64,000 nt of DNA from the NCBI GenBank assembly GCA_964016885.1, contig OZ024747.1, forward strand, positions 68,572,001 through 68,636,000. The letters run 5' to 3'. A model generated the notes under the pieces. It was not told the DNA's origin. It ran no database searches and saw nothing but the letters and a program-made list of their open reading frames with translations. Made by a program: the position numbers and the translations under genes. Below, in pieces: positions 54,221 to 64,000 of the stretch (position 1 is the stretch's first letter; each line of letters opens with the position of its first letter). The stretch is from Eledone cirrhosa (taxonomy: Eukaryota).

Positions 54221-55259
54221 ATATATGTATTTGTGAAATCTATGTTGACTTTTAGAATCTTGGCTGTAGGTGAGAATGAGTTTGATTCAGAAAATTTCAA
54301 ATGGTAATTATGATTTTCACTTTAGATTCATGGACAGCCTCTCTATTGCTGGTGATTTGCACAATAAAAGCACTCAGTACACACAGTGAAGTGGTTGGCA
54401 TTAGGAAGGGCATCCAGCCATAGAAAGGTTGCCAAACAAGAGGTAAGATGAACTCTTCAGTTTGTGTCAAAAGACATGACAACTTCTCTGCACTCGCTAT
54501 GACCACACGTAAGCAGGATACAGACCCCTCAGCCTGTCTTGGAGGTCAGTAGCTCTGCTTCAGTACTAACTTGGTCTATGTAGACCCATCCAACCCTTGT
54601 TAGCAGGGAAAGATGTTAAATGATGATGATGATTCACTCTGGATTGGAAACTATGTCTTTTTCTTAGATTGTTAGTTTATCTGAAAGAATCTTTCAACAT
54701 TTTAAGGGTGCTTGTTTGACCCTTTTAATACAAACCTGTTTGAGACTGCCTATGACACTATGGTATCAAATTTTTCATTTTACATTGTTTATATTCAAAT
54801 TAAAACTTTCCTTCATATTTTTATGTAAGAACCTTTTGTTATGTCCCAAAGGAGAAAGTTAAATTACTAAATCCTTCTAAACTCTTGGTTATTTTCAAAC
54901 TAATTTAAAACACATAGAGTGTTTCATTAGAAATATGATCGTAAAAGGGCTAAAACTGGGTAAATCTATGTGGGGAGCATGAATATTAAACCTCAACATC
55001 AGAAAATGAGAATGTTGATTTGTCATTTCACTATTCACTCAGTAAAACTACAAATCTATTATTTCTGACATCACTTAATATTCTGACTGGATATTTCTAA
55101 TGGTTGTAATGTATATTCTGATTAATGGAATTTTACATTTCTTCCTGTCATATGCCAGCAAAAAAAATAACAGCCCCCCCCCCCTACCCCCCATATATAT
55201 ACATACACACACACACATATATATATATGACAAAATTGTGTGGTTTAAAAAAATATTTG

Positions 55260-55572
55260 TCTTGAATAATTTATCAAGCTTGGAGCGACCCTAACACATA
55301 CTTTGGAAAAACAAGTATTCATTCCTAACAGCGGAAAATAAGGAAAGGATATTTTTTCGATTATAATTTGACTTCCTCAAATACCACCAAACCTTTTATA
55401 GTAGAGCAAGAAAGATAACTTATTTTGAAATTTGTGCTGTATTTCTTTAAAATGGGTCGTTATTTGGTCAGAGACATTATTTTTACGTTGGCAGCATCAG
55501 CTGAGTGTAAGAGACAAGGGCAAGTAATGCAGAGCGACTAATGAAAATACAAAAAGTTTTAAAATGGCCGCC
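55260..55572 (+). promoter_or_regulatory. Probable ABCF3 promoter/5'UTR; YY1-like AAAATGGCCGCC overlapping the start codon
   Basis: TE-free, CpG-retaining stretch directly upstream of the ATG. The motif resembles the YY1 consensus (inference). Confidence 0.4.
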
Positions 55573-55645
55573 CCCACTAGTTGTGTTGAGCTTCTCGGGT
55601 CTTTATTCCCAGATATTGACCCACAAATATCGAATTATGTCACCG
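55564..55645 (+). CDS. ABCF3: ABCF3 coding exon 1
   Basis: aaaATGGCC start; donor gtgagt. Confidence 0.9.
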
Positions 55646-58600
55646 GTGAGTATATTGATTGAGTTTTCAAGGTAAAAATATATGTTCTATACAATTGTTC
55701 TAAGAGATAAAAGGTGGTGTTAAAGTTGTATTCATTTCAATTTTAAAATCCCCGCACATCTGTCATTTGCTTTTCCACAAGTTTCGTATTGGTTACCAAT
55801 TTATATGGTTATATTGAATGTAACTCATACATTAGATTTAACAATACCTATCTAATCTTTTACAGCTTAGATTTAGTTTATTTCGATTTATTTGCATTAA
55901 TCTGGACACTAGATTCTAGATTCTTTCGGCAATCAGCCATATTTTGCTGATAGTTCTTTAACAATATTTATTATTATATGAAAGGCTGTAACAAATGAAT
56001 GTTCTAAATCTGACACGAACTCTTTATATCAACCACTTCTGACTCAAGTTTCTGTATCTCATTCCTTCTTTTTATTGAACCGCCACGTGTTTATAATTCC
56101 TTTTATTAGTTTTCTTTTTAACTGGAAACTAATATGCTGACAACAAATAAAAAAAAAAACGTTTGTTTAAAAAAAATCTGTATAAATGTGTAATCACGGG
56201 AAAATACTCATATATTTATGATGAATGACTTCATTCTGCATGAAGTCCTAGCCATGGTCATTTCTATTGTGATTCACAAATGAACTACTATCACTAGCGT
56301 GATATAATTTTGACGTCTGTTTACCCACTTCATGTCATTATATAACTTAACACGCTCTTATTGAGATTTCCGACAAATCCATCATTTTAAACCATATAAA
56401 TACCATTTTCCAAATATCCTTTTTTTTTTTCTTTGATGATTCTTAATCTATGACACTATCTTTGTCTGTTTATGAATGTGGTTAGAATGGACAAATCTGG
56501 CATTAATAACCATTACTACATGCTGACGGTGTCATGCCGGTTGGAAAAAAGACAAACAAAATACAAGGAACTTGCATTTTACCACCTTTTTTAAGCGGCT
56601 TACGCTTATGGCTGTTTTCATGTGTTATTGTATGCAATTAATATACCGTATAGACAGACATACATGTTTTGAACGAACTGGAAAGCAAATTATGTTGGAC
56701 TGTTCGTATTCGCTAATAGCTTAATATAGAAAAAAATATACTGCACATATTTTCTATTCTAAGAGATAAAATAAAAACATTTGATTAGAGGGTATAATTA
56801 AAGAGCTTGTGTGTGTGTCGTGGGTGTTAATAAGTTAATTTGACATTTGATGAACAACCAATAATTAAAGTTATGGAGTTATTAGAGAGTTTATTTTAAG
56901 GCTTGGCTGTTTTATCGAAAGAGTGTTTTATCTTGAATAACTGGTATTCATTAAAATAAATTAGTATTGAGTGAACTCAATGCTAATTAAAACCTCATTC
57001 AAGACACCCTTATTTGAAAAGCGTAGGACATTGATCACACTTCGATTCAGCTAACAGAACCAAAGTTTTTCGATATTAATGTTTTTTAAGTGACAATGAA
57101 AGCGCTGATTTATAGAAGAGAAATTTGAATTAGCGATGGTTTCAATTAAAATTGTGAAATATAATTTTTCCAAAGTGATAACTTGAAACAATTTTTTTTT
57201 TTCTTTCATTTTCGTTTTCTTCATGTTCGTAGCAGTTGGAGCGTAGATTTCTTCCCACGTTCTATTAAAACTACTGTGTAATTACTTAAATATTTAACTA
57301 TGTTGCTTAACAGAATTAGCACTGATCAGTAGACTAACATATTGTTAATGAATTTTCCTAAAAATAAAGACTACTTTGTTAATTTGGATTGATAAGAAAA
57401 AAAAAATGGACTAAAAAAAATCTTGGAATTGTCTGGAAGTTCTCCGGAACACTAACATTGTTGAGGGATTAGATTTCGATTTGCAACTATTAAGAGTTGG
57501 TTAGGTCATTTATGGGTAGGAGTAGTGTTAGAATTAAGGTATTTAACAAGGAATAAAAAGTTATGGCAGATATCTCAGTTGTAGACCAAATTAAAATTTC
57601 TTGAATATGTAAGTTTATTTTCTGTTTAGGAATTATTGAAGATTCTGCAGATGATTTTAATACACCAGATGACATATATGAAGCAATTGGTGCTTTGTTG
57701 CTGGATTCAGCAACAGGCAAAACAGAAGATGATGTTTTTGATATATGTGAAAAATTTCATGGTATTGTTAAAAGGTAATATTCTTGTATTTTCTGGACAA
57801 AACTTTGAAAACTTTTTCTAATTTTTCATGTTCAGCTTAAGTATCACCTAATTTATATTGTTTTTGATGTTATAAATTCTACAACCAATATCATTGTTTA
57901 TAATCTTGAAATATTCTTCAAATTATATTTTGTGTATCTGGGGATAACTCAGAAATAGATCAAAATCAAACCATTTCGTTTGCTGTAGAATAGAACAAGG
58001 AATATTTTGAGTAAGATAACCTAGTTTTGCTATAATATGATTTATACAACCAATTTACAGTGTAGACAGGATGCATTTTTTTATATCTGCAACATGATTA
58101 AGGGGTCTCCTCTACCTTGTATCAGTTTTATTTCCAAGTTACTCCTCTCCTAGAAGAGTTGCCTTCATGTGGCTTGTCGAGTTCTTGCCACTTTATTTAT
58201 TCCATGTATACATTTTGCCTCTGCAAGTAAGATGGTACTATCATTTTAAAGCCATCAATAGGTATAACTTCTTTATTGAGATCACCACTTGCTCTAGAAA
58301 TCATCATCATCATCGTTTAACGTCCATGTTCCACGCTTGCATGGGTTTGGACGGGAGTTTTCCCACTTGAGGCAAGAGTGGTTGTCTTGCTCGCATAGGA
58401 CTGTCTGGCGGGTTTTCTACAGCTGGATGCCCTTCCTAACACCAACCACATTTACAGTGTGGGACTGAGAGGTTTTTACCGTGTTGCCTATACGGCCACA
58501 TTACAGCGTGGACTGTGTTTTTTTGTTGTGACACCTACACGATCTCCTTTGTTTCGGCCTGGATGTTGTGGTACCAACATAACTTTACATTGAAAGGGGC

Positions 58601-59879
58601 GGTGTGGATGGGGTGAGGGTGGTGGGACGGGGTGTATTTTGTTAGAGATGCCTACTGACTGTAGTAGGTTTTACTTTGTATTTAGGCAAGGCGGGTCTTC
58701 TCTGTTACTGAGTACCGCCAAAAATCTCGGTCCAGTGACATTGTCTTGGAGAGGTGTAAGTGTGTGAGGTCGGAATTTATCAGGTCGTCCCAGGTTTTTC
58801 TGGGTCTGCCTACTCCGTGGCTACCGTCTATCTGCACTTTTTTATACAGCTGTCGTCTTTCATGCACATCACGTGACCATACCAACGTAGCCTTCTCTCG
58901 AGTAAACAACATCTGATCCCTCTTATTTCTAATTTTTCCCTTAGTTCGTTTATGCTTTGCCGTTCACGTATATTACTATTACACATCCAGCGGAGCATGC
59001 AAGCTTCGTTCCTCTCTAGTCTGCGTATATCCTCTGCACACAATGCCCAGGTTTCACTGCCATGCAACATTGCTGTTCGTATGCAGGCATCATACAACCT
59101 GCCTTTCATCATTTTTAGGGAGAACCCTTTAGCAGCTAATAGTGGTATAAGCTCTCTGAACTTTTTCCATCCAGTTCTGACTCTAGCTACTGTACTTTCA
59201 GAGCACCCTCCCCCACTGCTGATATTGTCACCCAGGTAACAGAAGCTGTCCACTATTTCTATAGAACCCTCTGCGCAATTGAAAGAGCTAGTATTCTGTG
59301 GGCACTTGCTGCTACTTATTGCACCAGAGCACCGGCCACATGTAAAATCTATGTTCTTGGTTAGCTTACCTGTGATCCCACTACATCTTTTATGCACCCA
59401 TACTTTGCATTTGGGACATAAAATGGAGTTTCTACCTACGCCTTTCCTACACACTGAGCATGGCCATTTCCCGGAAGGGACCGCCGCCTTATTTTCTTTT
59501 CTACAAACTAGAACTTTAGTCTTAGCCAGGTTTATTTTAAGGCCTTTTGATTCTAGACCGTGCTTCCATGTTTGGAATTTCTTCTCTAGCTATGAGCATT
59601 AGATCATCTGCGTATAGGAGTTCCCATGGGCAGCCGGTCTTGAACTCCACTGTTATAGCCTGAAGGGCAATAATAAATAGTAGGGGGCTAAGAACAGAGC
59701 CCTGATGAACACCAACTTTTACACTAAACTCTTCACTATATTCGTTGTTAATTCTAACCTTGCTGACTGTTTCTTTATACATGGCTTGTATAGTTCTCAC
59801 AAGCCATTGGTCAACACCTAGTTTTCTAAGAGCCCACCAGATAATGGAACGGGGGACTCTGTCGAAGGCTTTAAATATA

Positions 59880-59918
<39 letters not shown>

Positions 59919-62900
59919 TAAAATAACAGATTAAAGTTTAAGCAAAGAATCACTGCTTTCACCCTTAACGGGATCTTCTGAAACTCTCTCTCTCTATATA
60001 TATATATAATCATTATGTAAATCAATTTGGGATGGTGGGTCACACCTTAGCCACCCATTACTGTAGGAAACAGAAATGGTGCCATACCCAATGACTGGCA
60101 TAGCAGCAGCAGCATCATTAACAACTACAAGGGCAAAGGAGATGCACTAGACAAAGGAAACTATCAAATTAATGGACCAGGTCCTGAAGGTCACAGAAAG
60201 AGTTATAGCACAAAGGGACTGAGTTAATCTAGATGAAATGTAGTTTGTTTTTCTGCCAGGTAAATGAACCACTGATGCCCTTTTCCATGTGAAGCAATTG
60301 CAGGAGAAATTCTTAGCTAAAAGTAAGCCCCTCCACTTGACATTTGTTGACCTGGGAAAGCTTTTGATAGCATTCCCCATTCCATAATCTGGTGGGCTCA
60401 TAGAAAACTAGGGGTAAATGAGTGGCTTGTGAAGGCAGTATAAGCCATGTACAGAGGAGCAATCAGCAAGGTTAGAATTAAGAATGATTATAGTGAGGAA
60501 TTTAGCCCCCTCCTGTATATTATCATCCTGCAAGCTATAACAGAAAAAAACTGGCTGCCTATGTAAACTCCCATATGTCAATGATCTAACCCTCATAGCT
60601 GAATCTAAAACACAATTCGAGAAATTCCAAACTTTAAAGCAAAAGGGACTAAAGTCCTAGTATGTAGAAAGGAAAACAGGACCCAGGTCCCTTCATGGAA
60701 ATGGCCTTGCTCAGTGTGTAGGAAAGAAGTGGGTAGTAATTCCATCCTATGTCCCAAATGCAAACTATGGGTACATAAGAGATGTAGTGGGATCTCAGGC
60801 AGGCTAGCAAAGAATATGTTTTATATGTGGTCAATGCACAGGAGCAGTAAGCAGCAAGAGCTCATAGGAAACAAGCTCTTTTAACTGCTTAGAGGACTCC
60901 ATATAAGTAATTGATAGCTTCTATTACCTCAGTGATCAAATTAGCAGTGGAGATGGGTGTTCTGAGAGTACAGTAGCCAGGGTGAGAACAGGATTTAAAA
61001 AGTTCAGGGAGCTACTACTGCTGTTAACTACAAAGGTTTTTCCCCCTCAAAATGAAAGGCAGATTGTATAATTGTGTACGAACAATAATGTTGCATGGAA
61101 GTGAGGCCTGGATACTATGCAGAGGACCTATGAAGATGGAAGAAAGGAAGGATGTTTAATAGTAGTGTGCATTAATAACAAAGTATTAATGAACTACGAG
61201 AGAAAATAGGCATAAGGGAAGTCAGGTGCAGGAGAGGAGATTGCGGTGGTATGGACATGTAATGCGTACAGAGGATAATGGCTGTATAAAAAGATGCAGG
61301 GCACTCGAAGTTGATGGAAACTTGGGTGAAGTGATAAAAGCTGACCTTGCCCAATTAAACTTCACAAAGGCGATGACACAGGATCGAGATTTCTGGCATT
61401 ATGCTGTACTGCAGAAGACCCGCCTTCCCATTTACACAGAATGAAACAAACATGTAGAGGACACTAGTCTGCACTAATCTTCTGAATATTCTACTCACCC
61501 CTTCCATGTCAAACTTATTTACTTGTTCTCTCTGACCACTAACCCTCACTGCCCAACTCACACATAAAAGCATGAAAGCTGGACACACTCTACATCTGAT
61601 CTCCCACAAGACTGTTGCCACAACAAAAACACCAATCCATCTTGTAAAGTCGTGTTGGGAATATGATAAAACATACGCTGTCCACCCTGTGTGGTTGTTG
61701 TGCAAAAAACGCTCAATCCACCATGTAAAATGGTCATACTGGTGACATGACAAAAAAGCAGTCCACCCTATTAGATGGTTGTTTTGGTGTCAGGATAAAA
61801 AGCACCCAGTCCACACTGTAATGCAATTGGTGTTAATAAGGGCATCCAGCCATAGAAACCAAGCCAAAATATAGATCAGTAAGAGCAAGATGTGGTCACC
61901 TGACATGGCTTATTTCATAATGCAAGTGTGGTACTGGGGTTGATTGTTCCTCTATATCTCTTTCTCATTTGCTATCCTTCTCTGGAGGAAATCTGCTGTA
62001 TTCAGACCTAGAGAGATGGACTCTGTCAGGTTTTTAAATGCCTTAGAAACACTGTATGTCAATATGGCACCTCTATGACTCCCTCAGGAGTTACAAGTCA
62101 ATATTAATATTAATCAGGTGAATTACTAATATTCAGCTTAGCTCTGATTGAGCATATCTGTGATCAAAGGTATTCCAGCTGTAACTATCTTGTCTGTATT
62201 TTTTCAGCATAAATTATCTAGGATTATATTATGTCCTATTTTTAATATGGCAGTATGTATTTTGTGAGACTTTTAACTGCTGTTTTTAGCTGGGCAGTGA
62301 CAATGTAGAGGATCAATGTGTTTCAGTTTCATGCATTTGCATTGGTTATATTGGTTAATGGTATGAAATGTTTGTATGTTTTGATTAATACATTCCTCAT
62401 AGATCAATGTGATATTTGTATTTATGTCTCAGTTTTCCAGATTTTATTTCAAATATGTGTGTATTTTATTATTGTCACAGTTCACAGTCATCAGATGCCA
62501 TGGAACATAAAGTTTTAAATTCTCCTATTCAAATTGGGTCTTTGAGTCTTAATACACATACTCAAGTTGTAGAGCCTCAAAGTATCTGGTTAACAAAGAA
62601 AGAAAATGTTTCTGTAAGTATATGAATATGAAACATTTCCATAGCTTATTTTCAATGTGTACTATCTGTGCAAAAATTTCATGTAGTGGTATGAATTAGT
62701 TGATCACAAGGAAGTGTGTCTACCATTTTGAGCTGGATCCTTCATTGAAGAAAGATAAAATGTTTAGTTGTTGTAGATGAAGCAATTAGTGCTTTATTAC
62801 TAGTAACTGGTGCTTTATTACTAGATTCATCAACAGACATAAAGATCAGTATGAGCACAATGTGGTCACCAGATCTGACCTGACTTGTCTCATAATGCAA

Positions 62901-63693
62901 GTGTGATATTGGGTTGATTCTTGCTCTATATCCCTTTCACACTTCCATTTAAACTTAGAGAGATGGGCTCTTATGTTTTTTATATATATAAAACATTTCA
63001 TGGTAGTGGCAAAAGATAATATTCTTGCATTTTCTTTGCAAAACTTTGAAAACTTATTTTACTGTCTGTAAACATTTTATCTTTCTCCATTGAAAGATTT
63101 TGCTTGAAATTTGAGATTTCTTCTCTCCCTTATGGCATAATTTATTCCACTTTGTAAACTTTTATATTTACTAATTGCTAACACAGATCTTCATTAGTTT
63201 GCTCTGATACTATTACTTCACTTTTTTATAATCCATAATATGATGGTGATCTTTAGCCCCAAGGTAGCTCTGGTTGAGCAGAACTATGATCAAAAGCTTT
63301 ACAGCTATTGCCATCTTGTCTGTGTTTTCAGCAACAATGTGTTCTTTTTTAAGATTATGGTGTGGTTTGAAGGATATACTGTTGCTATATCTAGCAGATC
63401 AAATGATAATGTATAAGCTCTCCAATTGGCTTGTTATTATCTGCTCCTTCTTTCTCAAACATATTTATACCTTCCATATTTTTAATTAAGGCCCAAACAT
63501 TGATCAATATTTGTTGATAAATTAATTTGGTAAGCTTTTATTGTTGAAATTGTGGATGTCTAACATATTCCCGTTTTAAATTTATATTGCAGCAAGTTGA
63601 CCAGAAAAAGTTAGAAAAGGCTGAAGCAAAACTCCAGAAGAAAAATGAGAAAAGAGCATCACAAACTACAACTGTTAAAAAAGTAACAAATGG
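55564..63693 (+). CDS. ABCF3: ATP-binding cassette sub-family F member 3 (GCN20-like), 5' part; exons 55564-55645, 57630-57774, 62481-62613, 63593-63693; continues beyond window
   Basis: Spliced peptide MAAPTSCVELLGSLFPDIDPQISNYVTGIIEDSADDFNTPDDIYEAIGALL...VLNSPIQIG...SIWL...VDQKKLEKAEAKLQKKNEKR matches the ABCF3 N-terminus. GT-AG introns, phases consistent. Confidence 0.9.
57630..57774 (+). CDS. ABCF3: ABCF3 coding exon 2
   Basis: GIIEDSADDFNTPDDIYEAIGALLLDSATGKTEDDVFDICEKFHGIVK. Confidence 0.9.
58301..59872 (-). mobile_element. RTE LINE (subfamily B), longest young copy, 5'-truncated in RT
   Basis: KAFDRVP...GVHQGSVLSPLLF...LLYADDL...zinc finger...IEIVDSFCYLG...LHGSETW; small deletions/frameshifts; (GAT)n tail. 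Confidence 0.95.
60075..61925 (+). mobile_element. Old decayed RTE LINE
   Basis: IPNDW...YKGKGDAL...TTDALF..KQLQEKFLAK...FVDLGKAFD...WPCSVC...RRLRWYGHVMR; many stops. Confidence 0.88.
62481..62613 (+). CDS. ABCF3: ABCF3 coding exon 3
   Basis: SQSSDAMEHKVLNSPIQIGSL...SIWLTKKENVS. Confidence 0.85.
63593..63693 (+). CDS. ABCF3: ABCF3 coding exon 4
   Basis: QVDQKKLEKAEAKLQKKNEKRASQ. Confidence 0.9.
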
Positions 63694-64000
63694 GTAAGAA
63701 TTATAATATGTATATCGTGTTTTAATTCGAGTATGTGTTGGTTAATCACTGACACTTCAGTATGCAGGGTAGAGCATTCGATGAAGTGCGCAGGTGGGTC
63801 TGTTTACCTCAGAGTATATTTATAAACATGAAGTATAAGTCAACAGGTTAAAATTAACTCTGTTTATTCATAGTCACTCATCATCATCTTCGTTTAACGT
63901 CCGTTTTCCACGCTAGCATGTGTTAGATGGGAGTTGTCACACTTGAGGCAAGGCTGGTCAGGTGACCGTGTCTTGCTTATATAGGACTATCTGGCAGGTT

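Noticed and set aside
62481-62494. Alternative acceptors CACAG/TCAG in ABCF3 exon 3
   Set aside because: The +7 and +14 shifts break the reading frame; only 62481 fits.

Overview
AT-rich, repeat-dense animal genomic DNA. The tRNA-SINE, RTE-LINE and MITE repertoire is most consistent with an octopod cephalopod (inference, not database-checked). The window holds two + strand spliced genes. (1) Nucleoporin NUP133: 33 coding exons from 166 to the TAA at 50906-50908. All introns are GT-AG, all phases are compatible, the CDS is 3268 nt (~1088 aa), and the N-terminal exon(s) lie upstream of the window. (2) The first four coding exons of ABCF3 (ATG 55564), which runs off the right edge. Almost all supplied ORFs are spurious or are retrotransposon fragments. 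Introns contain several RTE-clade LINE subfamilies, an Expander/Rex3-like RTE, an Ingi/Vingi-like fragment, two tRNA-SINE families, TTAA piggyBac-type MITEs, hAT MITEs with 8-bp TSDs and non-autonomous Helitrons, including multi-layer nests. Most notable observations: a C4HC3 PHD-type zinc finger embedded inside the RT domain of the local RTE elements; several long intronic fold-back palindromes (214-, ~165-, ~130-, ~65- and 31-bp arms), two with hammerhead-like cores and Penelope-like architecture; and MITE copies that repeatedly sit next to exons in both orientations, giving abundant potential pre-mRNA dsRNA. No prokaryotic-type system (CRISPR etc.) is present.
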